Positions 18,309 to 28,393 of a stretch of DNA of 47,954 bases are shown one piece after another. Below the pieces are notes generated by a model. It was given only the letters and a program-made list of their open reading frames with translations, searched no databases and was not told the origin of the DNA. A program made the position numbers and the translations under genes. Within the stretch, counting starts at the first letter, position 1, and every line of letters starts with the position of its first letter. Source of the DNA: Pseudomonadota bacterium (GTDB lineage: Bacteria > Pseudomonadota > Alphaproteobacteria > Caulobacterales > Hyphomonadaceae); contig JBCCMX010000001.1 of the NCBI GenBank assembly GCA_039026135.1, positions 1 to 47,954 on the forward strand. Reading direction: 5' to 3'.

Positions 18309-21300
18309 TACTCGGCACTCACCGGCGCCGACGCAGCGCCTTGAGATCCAGACATAAGCGATCGGATTCGCTGTGGCAGCAACTGAATATCTTCGATGAT
18401 AAGCGCAACAGCCGGAGTAACCAGAACGACCATGAAGCCAGAAATCACGATTCCGAAGCCAAGGCTAACCGCCATCGGCATGAGGAACTGCGCCTGTGGA
18501 CTGGTCTCCATTAGTAGCGGCGCCAGGCCAAGCGCCGTTGTCAGCGTGGTCAGCAGGACAGGACGAAACCGCCGCACCGATGCGCGCGTCGCCGCCTCAA
18601 CGGACGGGACCCCCTCTCGGCGTTGCTTGTTGTAGAGATCAAGCAGCACGACCGAGGCATTAATCGACACACCGGCCAAAGCGATAATGCCGAAAATTGA
18701 CACGAACGAGACCGCATATCCAAGGACAAGATGGCCGAGCAAGGCGCCGCTGACCGCAATCGGAATCGCGATCAAAATCGCCAGCGGTTGCAGATAGGAG
18801 CGAAGCTGCGTGGCCACGACGGCAAAGATCACAATCACCACAATAAAGAAAGACTGGGCCATTGCGGCCATCTCTTCGCTGCGTTCTCTGGTATCGCCGG
18901 ATTGAACAATAACGAGGCCGGGATAGGCCTTTTCCAGTTCAGGCACGACACGCGCGATCAGGTCCGCATTCGCATTGCCGGGTGTGTTCAACTTTGAATC
19001 GATGGCTGCTTCCACGGTCACGACACGCCGGCCATCGACACGTTCAATTACAGAATAGGCGCGGCTTTCTGTGGCCTCGGCCACCGTGTTAAGCGGCACG
19101 CTCGCGCCATCGGGCAGCCGGACCCGAAACTCGTCGAGCGCCAACAGGCTCTGGCGCGCCTGGTCGGGATAGCGCACATAGACAAGCACTTCTTCGCGCC
19201 CGCGCTGAATGCGCTGCACTTCTTCACCAAAGAAAGCCTGACGGACCTGACGGGCAACATCGGCTGGTGTCAGCCCTGCGGCAAGGCCGGCAGGCGTCAG
19301 TTCAAACACCAGTTGGCGTTTGCCGACATCGAAACTGTCGGTGATCTGATTGGCGCCCGGAACCTGGGCGATGGCGCGCTTGAGCGCATCACTGGCAGCG
19401 ATCAGCTGACCTTCATCTTCATGCGCAAGATCAAAGCCGACATCGGCGCCAAAACCGGCCCCCCCGGTGGAGAAACTGAGCCGTTCAATGCCGTCCAGCT
19501 GCCCGATTTCCTCGCGCCAAGCCCGTTCGATTTCTTGCGCCGAACGTTGCCGACCACCAAAAGGCACCAGCTCGATCTGCACTTGGCCGACATTTTCCTG
19601 CGGTTCGAAACCGCCATCCGGACCGGGTGCTGAGGATGTGGACGCACCGCCGCCAACCGTCATGGCGATAGAACGCACCAGCTCTTCGTTCTGTTCTTCC
19701 TTGGCCCTTGTTGCCACACGAGAAATCGCGTCCGCCAACTGTTTTGTCGTGGCATCCGTGCGGCTGAAAGGGGTCCCCTCTGGCAGCGTGACCGTTGCCG
19801 AAAGCTCGTTACTTTCAATCGTCGGAAAGAAGATGAATTTCACCACACCGTTGCCAAGCAGCCCGACACAGAAGAGCGTGAAGGCGACAACCGAGCCGAG
19901 CGTGGCATAACGCCATTTGCTGGTGAGGCGAACGGCGCGCGCCACAACGGTATTGGCCACCCAGGAGACACCGTTTGCAACCTTTTCCTGAATGGCCGCG
20001 AGCGGTCCGCGCGACCAGTTACCCGCATGTCCAAGGTGAGACGGCAGAATAAGAAACGCCTCGACAAGAGAGATGAACAGCACACTGATCACGACAATGG
20101 GGATCGCCCGTGTGACATCTGCAAATGTCCCATCGAGGAAAATCAATGGCGCAAACGCGAATACCGAGGTGAGAACACCCACGACAACAGGTGCCATCAC
20201 GCCGAGGACGCCGTCAATCGCAGCCTGTTCACCGTTTTTGCCCAGCGCCCGTTCTGTATCGATATTCTCGCCGATCACCACCGCGTCATCCACTACGATC
20301 CCCAAGACCACAATGAGTGCAAATGTCGATACCATTGTGATGGTCACGCCAAGCGAGCCGAAGATGATGAAACTGCCGATAAAGGCGATGGCTATGCCGA
20401 CCGAAACCCATACGGCCAGTTTGAGATCGACCATCAGTACAAGAAAGAAGAAGACGAGCGCAAAACCAAATAGCGCGTTACGGGCAAGCAAGCTGATCCG
20501 CTCAGACAGGACGAAAGTCTGATCCTTGAACTCGGCAATCTCGATACCCGCCGGGGGCGTGTAGGTCGCCACAGCGTCATCGACCAAGCTTTTGACATCA
20601 AGCGATCCCTGGGCCTCGGCCGCCGACACGTCTACGAAAACAGCCGGGCGCCCATTATAGGTGTTTCGAAGCTTCTGGCGAGCAAAGCCATCCCGAACCG
20701 TCGCCACATCCGAGAGCAGGATCTGCGAGCCGTCTGTATCTGTGCGCACCACAATGGACTCAAAGGCCTCGCCGGTCTGACGCTCCTGGTTTGTCCGAAG
20801 CAGGATTTCGCCGCCATCAGTGTTGATCGATCCGCCGGCGAGATCGAGAGAGGATGCGCGCACCGCTGTCGCGACCTCATCGAAAGTCAGATTGTATCGG
20901 CGCAATGTGTCTTCGCTGACCTCAATCGAGATCTCATAATCGCGCACACCCGACAGGCTGACGAGAGAAACGCCCGGCTGGTTGAGGAGATAGCGCTCCA
21001 GCGCTTCAGCGGAGCGGCGCAGCTCTTCAGGCGGCACGGCGCCCATCACAACAAGCGAGACAACTGTCTCAGTCACTGATGGTATTGATACAATGGCACG
21101 CTCGGCATTTTCCGGCGGAAACTCCGTCAAGCGATCAACGGCGGCTTCAACGTCATCCTTGACCAGTTCAGGATCGGCGAAATCAGCCAGTTCTACAGTG
21201 ATGGAGCCATTGTTCTCCTGCGCGCTTGATGTCACGCTTTTGACGCCATCAATACCGATAATGGCTTCTTCAACCCGGCGGGTGATGCCCTGCTCGACCT

Positions 21301-21499
21301 CGGCAGGTGTCGCGCCTGGATAAGGCACATTGACGTTGACAACGCCAGGTGAAATCGTCGGGAATACCTGAGCGCGGATACTGCTGGCGGTCAGAATTCC
21401 ACCAATCAGCAAAAGCGCCATTAACAGGTTCGCGGCGACAGGATTGCGAACAAACCAGCCGACAAGGCCGCCATTTGTCTTATCAGCGCTCGGCAGCAT
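18308..21499 (-). CDS. RND efflux permease (AcrB/AcrD/AcrF family)
   Basis: 1063 aa, two TM blocks, GIVVDDAVVIGEN and RFRPVLLTTLTT. Confidence 0.95.
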   Translation of the reverse strand: MLPSADKTNGGLVGWFVRNPVAANLLMALLLIGGILTASSIRAQVFPTISPGVVNVNVPYPGATPAEVEQGITRRVEEAIIGIDGVKSVTSSAQENNGSITVELADFADPELVKDDVEAAVDRLTEFPPENAERAIVSIPSVTETVVSLVVMGAVPPEELRRSAEALERYLLNQPGVSLVSLSGVRDYEISIEVSEDTLRRYNLTFDEVATAVRASSLDLAGGSINTDGGEILLRTNQERQTGEAFESIVVRTDTDGSQILLSDVATVRDGFARQKLRNTYNGRPAVFVDVSAAEAQGSLDVKSLVDDAVATYTPPAGIEIAEFKDQTFVLSERISLLARNALFGFALVFFFLVLMVDLKLAVWVSVGIAIAFIGSFIIFGSLGVTITMVSTFALIVVLGIVVDDAVVIGENIDTERALGKNGEQAAIDGVLGVMAPVVVGVLTSVFAFAPLIFLDGTFADVTRAIPIVVISVLFISLVEAFLILPSHLGHAGNWSRGPLAAIQEKVANGVSWVANTVVARAVRLTSKWRYATLGSVVAFTLFCVGLLGNGVVKFIFFPTIESNELSATVTLPEGTPFSRTDATTKQLADAISRVATRAKEEQNEELVRSIAMTVGGGASTSSAPGPDGGFEPQENVGQVQIELVPFGGRQRSAQEIERAWREEIGQLDGIERLSFSTGGAGFGADVGFDLAHEDEGQLIAASDALKRAIAQVPGANQITDSFDVGKRQLVFELTPAGLAAGLTPADVARQVRQAFFGEEVQRIQRGREEVLVYVRYPDQARQSLLALDEFRVRLPDGASVPLNTVAEATESRAYSVIERVDGRRVVTVEAAIDSKLNTPGNANADLIARVVPELEKAYPGLVIVQSGDTRERSEEMAAMAQSFFIVVIVIFAVVATQLRSYLQPLAILIAIPIAVSGALLGHLVLGYAVSFVSIFGIIALAGVSINASVVLLDLYNKQRREGVPSVEAATRASVRRFRPVLLTTLTTALGLAPLLMETSPQAQFLMPMAVSLGFGIVISGFMVVLVTPAVALIIEDIQLLPQRIRSLMSGSQGAASAPVSAE

Positions 21500-22661
21500 G
21501 TTCTTTTCCCTGAACCAGACGGGTTACAGGCGTACGCAGAGCAACTTCTTGTCCTTCAAAAGCCTCGACCGGCGGCAGGGCCACAACACCGTCGCCATAG
21601 TCGAACGCGGCGACGAATGTCTCATCGTCCTGCTCGCCGAGAACCGTCACGCGCCGGCTCGACAGCAGCCCGTCAGAGACGACCCAGATTTGGTCGCGCC
21701 CGACAAAAGCTGACGATGGCACGATAAACGCGTTGGTCAGCTCGTTTCCGGAAATAAACACGTCAACAAAGTCGCCAATGGTCAGATCGGCGCCATTTTT
21801 CGGCCGAATGTAAACCGTCGCAAGACGCGTCCGCGGATCTAGCGTCGAGTCGACCCGCTCAACCGCCGCCTGGCGCACGTCGCTCATGTTGCCACGCACC
21901 GCAAATGTGACCGTGCGCGCGTCCACAGGCTCGACCCGTGCCAGCTGCGAGGTCGACAGCGCAGCTGATATCTCGATACTGCCAACAGCGAACATGGACC
22001 CGACAGTCTGGTTCGCCGTCAGAATTTGACCGACATCAAGCGCCGCTGTCATGACACGCCCATCCGAAGGCGCGCGGACCTTTGTACGGCTCAGCGCCAA
22101 TTGCGCGGTCTTCTTGGATGCAATCGCGCTGTTCAGGCGCGCCTCGGCGGCTGCGATTTGCGGCCTCTGGGCGGCAAGATCAGTGATCTCACGGCCCGGA
22201 AACACATCTTCCCATTCCTCCACCGCAAGCTCGGCTTCGGCGCGCAACAAAGCCAGATCCGATGTCGCCTCGGCAACGCTTGCATCGGCTTGTTCGACGG
22301 CGAGACGAAAATCGGTCGGATCAATTTCAAACAGGAGATCGCCGGCTGCAACAGATTGGCCCGGCTTGAACTGGCTGCCGACGCGAATGACCTTACCGCT
22401 AACCTGCGGAGCAATGTCGGCCTGCGCCTGAGACTGAATCACGCCATTGATTTTGATTTGCGGCGTATAGCTTGTCTTCTGGGGGATTGATGCTGAAACG
22501 CTCGACGGCTCACCACTCGCCGAGAAGTCAACCAGCGCCGGCTTGTCCGATTCAGCTGGTCTCAAAGCGTTGGACAAGGCAACGGCGCTACCCATGACAA
22601 AGATAACGAAAACGATCTGAGCGATACCCATGACCCACGCTGATCTGCTGAAATCTGCCAC
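21483..22661 (-). CDS. RND periplasmic adaptor (membrane fusion protein)
   Basis: TM anchor, PQVSGKV and KVRAPSDG lipoyl half-motifs, alpha-hairpin. GTG 22661 preceded by AAGGA. Confidence 0.9.
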   Translation of the reverse strand: MADFSRSAWVMGIAQIVFVIFVMGSAVALSNALRPAESDKPALVDFSASGEPSSVSASIPQKTSYTPQIKINGVIQSQAQADIAPQVSGKVIRVGSQFKPGQSVAAGDLLFEIDPTDFRLAVEQADASVAEATSDLALLRAEAELAVEEWEDVFPGREITDLAAQRPQIAAAEARLNSAIASKKTAQLALSRTKVRAPSDGRVMTAALDVGQILTANQTVGSMFAVGSIEISAALSTSQLARVEPVDARTVTFAVRGNMSDVRQAAVERVDSTLDPRTRLATVYIRPKNGADLTIGDFVDVFISGNELTNAFIVPSSAFVGRDQIWVVSDGLLSSRRVTVLGEQDDETFVAAFDYGDGVVALPPVEAFEGQEVALRTPVTRLVQGKEHAAER

Positions 22662-22680
22662 AAACACATCCTTCGGAGAA

Positions 22681-22700
22681 ATGACTGACCGGTCAGTTAT
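22681..22700. promoter_or_regulatory. Palindromic operator, likely bound by the operon's TetR
   Basis: ATGACTGACC|GGTCAGTTAT with a perfect 14-bp core ACTGACCGGTCAGT, 20 nt upstream of the MFP start in an AT-rich promoter region. Confidence 0.75.
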
Positions 22701-22869
22701 AAAGCAAAAATAAGTTTCAAGAGTGCGAAAACAAGCAGAAAAATCACACAAAGTGAGCGCCAAACCAGATCTAAGGCGAAATACCGCCTCGGCGATGGCG
22801 TTTTAGGCGAACTTGACTGGAATAATTCTTGCTGCTGGAGAAATCCGATACCGCTTTAGGCCGATCAAA

Positions 22870-23889
22870 ATGGATACACATGCACACAAGACAGAGATGC
22901 GCTCGCTGGACGTCGACCCTGCGGCCATTCTGGCTGTGATCCCCACGCTGAATGAGGCCGACCATATCGAGACATGTCTGAAATCGCTTTTGGAAGGCGA
23001 CCCGCGCCTGAAAGATATCAGCCTGATCGTTGCCGATGGTGGGTCGAGCGACCAAACGGTTGAGATTGTTCAGCGATTGGCCGCAGCTTATCCGAACACT
23101 CGGACGATCAACAATCCTGGCCGCCTGCAGTCGGCGGCCGTGAATCTGGCGGCGGACGCGCACGCAACGCCCGGCACGCGCTGGCTTGTGCGCTGCGATG
23201 CTCATTCGATCTACCCACCGAATTTCATCCTGAAAGTGGCCCAGGCCCTCAAGGACACGAAAGCCGCATCCCTTGTCGTTCCCATGGATGCAGTGGGTCA
23301 GACCTGTTTCGAGAAAGCCAATGCCTGGATTGTGGATACGCCTTTGGGTTCGGGTGGATCAGCCCATCGCGGCGGCACCGCATCAGGATATGTCGATCAT
23401 GGCCACCATGCTGGTTTTGAGCTGAAATCGTTTCAGGCGCTCGGCGGATATGATGCCAGTTTTTCGCATAATGAAGACGCGGAGTATGATCGGCGGGTCA
23501 CGCTGTCGGGGCGGAAAATCTACATGGATGCCACGAACAGGATCCAATATGTGCCGCGCGGCAGCGTTACCACGCTCGCCAAACAGTACTTCCGTTATGG
23601 CCGCGGCCGCGCAAAAACCGTCCACAAACACAAAATGCAGCTTAAACTTCGCCAGGCCATACCCGTCCTCGCTCTGCTCGCCAGCGGTCTCGGCCTTGCG
23701 CTATCGCCCGTGTTTTGGCCCGCCGGACTAGTTCCGGCCGGATACATCGCCGTTTTGGCGGCTGCATCACTGTTCACCGCGATCAAATTTCGCTCAGTTT
23801 GTGGCCTGCTCGCCGGGCCAGCATCGGGCACCATGCATATGAGTTGGGCAATGGGTTTTTTGTGTGAAACGCTCTTCGCAAGACGTTGA
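22870..23889 (+). CDS. exoA: GT2 glycosyltransferase, succinoglycan ExoA-like
   Basis: IPTLNEA, DGGSSD, LQSAAVN, DAH, HGHHA, GGYDASFSHNEDAE, C-terminal TMs. Start is 22870 or 22897. Confidence 0.85.
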   Translation: MDTHAHKTEMRSLDVDPAAILAVIPTLNEADHIETCLKSLLEGDPRLKDISLIVADGGSSDQTVEIVQRLAAAYPNTRTINNPGRLQSAAVNLAADAHATPGTRWLVRCDAHSIYPPNFILKVAQALKDTKAASLVVPMDAVGQTCFEKANAWIVDTPLGSGGSAHRGGTASGYVDHGHHAGFELKSFQALGGYDASFSHNEDAEYDRRVTLSGRKIYMDATNRIQYVPRGSVTTLAKQYFRYGRGRAKTVHKHKMQLKLRQAIPVLALLASGLGLALSPVFWPAGLVPAGYIAVLAAASLFTAIKFRSVCGLLAGPASGTMHMSWAMGFLCETLFARR

Positions 23890-23957
23890 AATGTGTCATG
23901 TTCAGGATCGCACGATCAAAACAAATTTTCGACACGTTCGTTGGCAGAATGATCCCT

Positions 23958-25001
23958 ATGAGTGATCTGCAAAAGAAACTTTACTCAGCCAATCGCCGAA
24001 TGGTGGCGATTGGCAAAATAACCTCTTCAAGATTGCAGGTTCTGGCGCGGCGCGGCGCAATCGCAGCGCGATTGGGGCTGCAGCGCCTGTCGGGACGGCT
24101 GAACCGGTTTTGGCAACGCACGCAGGCTTACTCAAAACAGGCACCGAAAACTGTTCCGCGTATGCTGCAACAGCTTCCGCGCCAGCTCGAACAGATAAGA
24201 CGTGCGCCCGCTGACCAAGATGCCAACGCGGCCGTTTCGCCGGTACCGGCCACGCGCCAGCGAACGCCGCGCCTGCCCGATGGCGAATGCGTTTATGCTA
24301 TTGGCGATGTGCATGGCCGTTTCGATCTCTTGCTGCAGCTGTTTGAATCGATCGAAATGGATGCGCGCCAACTGCCATCTGATACACGTGTCACAATTGT
24401 CTGCCTTGGCGATTATATCGATCGCGGCATGCAGTCACGCCAGGTTATCGATTTACTGATGAGCGATCGGTTCAATGCCTATGAGACCGTTTTCCTGATG
24501 GGAAATCATGAAGAAGCCCTGTTGAAATTCCGCAACGATCCGGGCTTTGGCCCGATTTGGGCGCGATATGGCGGCATTGAAACCATGTACTCATATGGCC
24601 TACAACCACCGCAAATTCAGGGGCGTATCGGCGGAATGGACGACCCGGAAGTCTGGCAAGGCATTTGGGATGAGTTTCGCCAGAAACTCCCAAGCGCCCA
24701 TTTGGAATTCTACCAGTCGCTCAAACACTATTTCAGCCTCGGCGACTATTTGTTCGTCCATGCCGGCCTGAGACCGCATGTACCGCTGGAGGACCAGACA
24801 ACGAAGGACATGCTGTGGATCCGCGACGAATTCCTCGAAGATCCTTTCGAATTCGAGCACTTCATCGTCCATGGTCACACACCCACCGATGAAGTCAGGC
24901 GCGACAATCGTCGCATCGGGCTGGATACAGGTGCTTATTATAGTGGCCAGCTGACTGCGGCAAAATTTCTTGGCACAGATATAGCAATCATATCGACTTA
25001 G
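23958..25001 (+). CDS. Calcineurin-like metallophosphoesterase (PPP/PrpA-type) with basic N-terminal extension
   Basis: GDVHG, GDYIDRG, GNHE, HAG, HGHT, DTG motifs. Start uncertain (23886-24000). Confidence 0.88.
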   Translation: MSDLQKKLYSANRRMVAIGKITSSRLQVLARRGAIAARLGLQRLSGRLNRFWQRTQAYSKQAPKTVPRMLQQLPRQLEQIRRAPADQDANAAVSPVPATRQRTPRLPDGECVYAIGDVHGRFDLLLQLFESIEMDARQLPSDTRVTIVCLGDYIDRGMQSRQVIDLLMSDRFNAYETVFLMGNHEEALLKFRNDPGFGPIWARYGGIETMYSYGLQPPQIQGRIGGMDDPEVWQGIWDEFRQKLPSAHLEFYQSLKHYFSLGDYLFVHAGLRPHVPLEDQTTKDMLWIRDEFLEDPFEFEHFIVHGHTPTDEVRRDNRRIGLDTGAYYSGQLTAAKFLGTDIAIIST

Positions 25002-25056
25002 CGCCAAATTGGCGCGGAAAACGCACGATCCAGAGACGGGCCACGGGAGAACGAGT

Positions 25057-25635
25057 ATGTCACCTTCAACACTGATCAAATCAGCTGCAGCGGCGAGCTG
25101 TCTTGCGCTCCTCGCCGCTTGCCAGTCTGGTATTGCGGCCAGCGACGCAGAGGACATCGCACAATCTCGCAAACAGGTTGTCTACACACTTGGCAGCGGC
25201 GACCAGTTACGCGTGACCGTTTTTGGCCAGGAAGACATCTCCGGCGAATATGAAGTCGATGGATCTGGCAATATTACCGTGCCGCTTATCGGTGAAGTCG
25301 CCGCGCTTGGTGAAACCACCACGGCATTGTCCGGCGCCATCGAGACGAAACTGGCAGCCGGTTATCTGCGCGACCCGAATGTCAGCGTTGAGGTCATGAA
25401 CTACCGGCCATTTTACATTCTCGGCGAGGTCGGCGATCCGGGTGAATATGACTACACGGCAGGGCTCAGCGTCTTGAACGCCATCGCGTCGGCCGGCGGT
25501 TTTACCTATCGGGCCAACCGCAAAACCGTGTTCATCACGGCCATTGATGACACCGAAGAGGTTGCGATCCGGCTGAACACGGCGCTGCAAGTGCAGCCCG
25601 GCGATACGATCCGAATTGGCGAGCGCCTGTTCTAG
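25057..25635 (+). CDS. Short polysaccharide export (OPX/Wza-family) lipoprotein
   Basis: Lipobox LAAC, Poly_export motif YTLGSGDQLRVTVFGQ, one SLBB domain, ends IRIGERLF. 192 aa from ATG 25057. Confidence 0.9.
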   Translation: MSPSTLIKSAAAASCLALLAACQSGIAASDAEDIAQSRKQVVYTLGSGDQLRVTVFGQEDISGEYEVDGSGNITVPLIGEVAALGETTTALSGAIETKLAAGYLRDPNVSVEVMNYRPFYILGEVGDPGEYDYTAGLSVLNAIASAGGFTYRANRKTVFITAIDDTEEVAIRLNTALQVQPGDTIRIGERLF

Positions 25636-25973
25636 GCGGGCAAGGCCCGTTTCAGGTTCCCGAATCACATTGTCATGTTGCAGTGCACCATGGCCTTGAT
25701 GAGGGTGGTTCATACCCGCCATTGCGTGGTATCACAGCATCTCTGCACAATTGTTAACCTTGCTGATGTGCGCTGCACAAACTATTCGCGTATTGAGGGA
25801 ATGCGGTGGGCAACTTTATGAAACTCGCCTAGAACAAACATGGTCTGAACATTGCATTGACGAATTCGTTCGCAGTGTCACAGGCCAGTCGAGGTTGGGT
25901 ATTATAGCGAGCGTGTTGGAAACGTAACGGTTCGCATCGGGACCAGAGACACTGTGGAGTTGAGGGGGCCAGA

Positions 25974-26663
25974 ATGGGCTTTAGACTAACAAACCACACG
26001 CGGCCAATAGAGGCAGGCCGGCCCTTGTTCCTGAAAGGGCACAATCGCCGGCACGATACCAGCCTCAAGCGCGTTTTCGATCTGGTTGTCGCGCTGATCG
26101 CCATCATTCTCTTTGCCCCTGTGATGATTATTCTGGCCGTGGCAATTCGTTTGCAGGACGGCCATCGTGCGCTGTTTTATCAGGTCCGTTTTGGTCAGCA
26201 CGGAAATACATTTCACTGCTACAAGCTCAGGACCATGGTGCCGGACGCTGCTGAGCAGCTTGAGCATCTTTTGGCAACAGACCCGGACGCGCGTGAAGAA
26301 TGGGAAGAAACTCAAAAACTTGAGCATGATCCGCGTGTGACGCCGCTCGGTCAATTTCTGAGGAAAACCTCCCTCGATGAACTGCCACAGCTCTTTAATG
26401 TGGTGATGGGCGACATGTCGCTTGTCGGCCCGCGCCCGATCGTCCGGGACGAGGTGGCCCGTTACGCCGAGAATTTTGAATATTATAGCAGCTTGCGGCC
26501 CGGCATTACCGGCCTGTGGCAGGTAAAGGGGCGCAGCGATACCAGCTATGAAGACCGTGTGTCGCTGGACGTACAATACGCGAAGACCCGTTCATTCTGG
26601 GGAGATATCAAGATCATGATCTTGACCGTGCCGGCTGTCTTTTCCTCTCGCGGCGCGCGCTAG
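25974..26663 (+). CDS. exoY: Initiating undecaprenyl-phosphate hexose-1-P transferase, ExoY-like
   Basis: KRVFD-TM, KLRTM, DPRVT, RKTSLDELPQL, MSLVGPRP, PGITGLWQ. Confidence 0.88.
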   Translation: MGFRLTNHTRPIEAGRPLFLKGHNRRHDTSLKRVFDLVVALIAIILFAPVMIILAVAIRLQDGHRALFYQVRFGQHGNTFHCYKLRTMVPDAAEQLEHLLATDPDAREEWEETQKLEHDPRVTPLGQFLRKTSLDELPQLFNVVMGDMSLVGPRPIVRDEVARYAENFEYYSSLRPGITGLWQVKGRSDTSYEDRVSLDVQYAKTRSFWGDIKIMILTVPAVFSSRGAR

Positions 26664-26872
26664 ACCCAAAAACTTCGACGCGTTTCCATGCACTGATCGA
26701 CCACAGATAGCGTGGCACCGCCGGCCTGCACGGTGTTTGCAAGCAATTGCCTAACACGGCTGAATTGCGCAAAGAGTGCCACAATCTGAGACGCCTGTTT
26801 CGGCCCAACGTGGAAGGTGTATCGAAACGCATGGCTTTGAGCGCTGGCCACCAGCCACAGGATGGCATGTAA

Positions 26873-28330
26873 ATGAACCAACTTGGGCGCAAGACAGCCA
26901 GCGGCGGCGTTGTTACCTCCGCAGGCTCCGTCATCAGCCTCGCTCTACAGTTTGCTATCGTGCTGCCCATCCTGGCACGCCTCATTCCCCCAAGCCAATT
27001 CGGCCTGGTCGGAATGGCCAGTGCTTTTATTCTTTTTTTCAGCCGCTTCAATGATTTCGGCATCTCCGCAGCCCTGGTGCGGGCGGAAAATCCAAGTCGC
27101 GCCTTCTGGTCGACCGCCTTCTGGACCAATTTGGGGCTCGGCGCGATCATGACGTGTTTTGCGCTGTGGGCGGCGCCATTTGTTGCTGCCTTCTACCGCG
27201 AGCCGCTGGTTGAAGACATTGTTCAGGCACTGGCCGCAATTCTGATGCTGCATTGCCTTCTGCTTGTGCCGATTGCCTGGATGCAGCGAAACTTCAAATT
27301 CAGTCAGCTTGCCGCGATTGACTTGTTGGCGGCAATTGCCAGCGCCGCGGTTGCCGTTGGTTTGGCGCTGAATGGCGCTGGGGTATGGGCCCTTGTGGGT
27401 CAACAACTCACAATGTTTGCGACCAAATCCATCTGCACGCTCGGTGTTCAACGCGCACCGATTGGTTTTGTCTTCCAATGGTCCTCAATTGTCGAGGTCC
27501 TTCCCTTCTCACTTGGCATTACGGCCGTTGGTCTGGTCAATTCCCTCAATAACCAGATCGACAACATCCTGATCGGACGGGCCCTCGGGGCAGAACAGCT
27601 TGGATTTTACGGACGCGCTAATATTGTCAGGCTGCGCATGGCAACCCTGATCAGCGGCGGCAGCGCTTATGCGCTCTACCCGGCCATGTCACTGGTGAAA
27701 GATCAGCCTGATCGATTTTGCGCAATGTGCCTGCGCGCAACACGTCTGCTCATGGCGGTCGGCTTTCCCGCGCTGCTTGGCATATCAGCTGTGTCGGTTC
27801 CACTCACCAGCGCGATGCTGGGCTCGCAATGGGGTCCAACCGCCCCGCTTCTCCAGTGGATGTGCTATGCCGGACTGATCCAGATGCTGCCGGCCTTCCT
27901 GCGTCTTGGCTGGAAAGCCAAAGGGCGATCCGATGTCCTCTTGCGATGGTCAATCATTGGAACAATCGTGAACATGATGGCGTTCGTGATCGGAATAGCC
28001 TTCCAGTCCCTGCTCGTCCTCGTCGTGGCCTATACGATTACAAATGCGATCATCGCCCTGCCCTTCGTCATCATCTCATTGAAATCTATGGGCATTTCCA
28101 GGCGCGCCTTCCTCAACGCCGTCTGGCCGCAAGCCATGGCAGCTGGCATCATGGTGCTCGGCCTCTACGCGCTCGAGCTTGTTTTTCCCTCCATTGGGAC
28201 ACTGCCAAGCTTTGTGCAACTGGTGCTTTTGGCCGGTATGGGCGCGGCGCTTTATGGACTTACGCTCTGGCTGTTTTATCGAACGGTCGTGAATGAACTC
28301 ATCGCAGAGGTGCGCGCCTTATTCCTTTGA
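26873..28330 (+). CDS. Wzx-type flippase (PST family, ExoT/WzxC-like)
   Basis: 485 aa multi-TM, LARLIPPSQFG, DFGISAALV, DNILIGRALG. Confidence 0.88.
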   Translation: MNQLGRKTASGGVVTSAGSVISLALQFAIVLPILARLIPPSQFGLVGMASAFILFFSRFNDFGISAALVRAENPSRAFWSTAFWTNLGLGAIMTCFALWAAPFVAAFYREPLVEDIVQALAAILMLHCLLLVPIAWMQRNFKFSQLAAIDLLAAIASAAVAVGLALNGAGVWALVGQQLTMFATKSICTLGVQRAPIGFVFQWSSIVEVLPFSLGITAVGLVNSLNNQIDNILIGRALGAEQLGFYGRANIVRLRMATLISGGSAYALYPAMSLVKDQPDRFCAMCLRATRLLMAVGFPALLGISAVSVPLTSAMLGSQWGPTAPLLQWMCYAGLIQMLPAFLRLGWKAKGRSDVLLRWSIIGTIVNMMAFVIGIAFQSLLVLVVAYTITNAIIALPFVIISLKSMGISRRAFLNAVWPQAMAAGIMVLGLYALELVFPSIGTLPSFVQLVLLAGMGAALYGLTLWLFYRTVVNELIAEVRALFL

Positions 28331-28393
28331 TTGGCACAGCAAATCCGAGCATTATGGGCGGGAACCGGCGACCCGAAAGGGGGACGAAATGAC

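Noticed and set aside
25636-25973. 338-nt spacer before exoY as an sRNA or the 92-aa minus-strand ORF
   Set aside because: No convincing terminator, stable structure or coding signal. More likely an extended promoter region.
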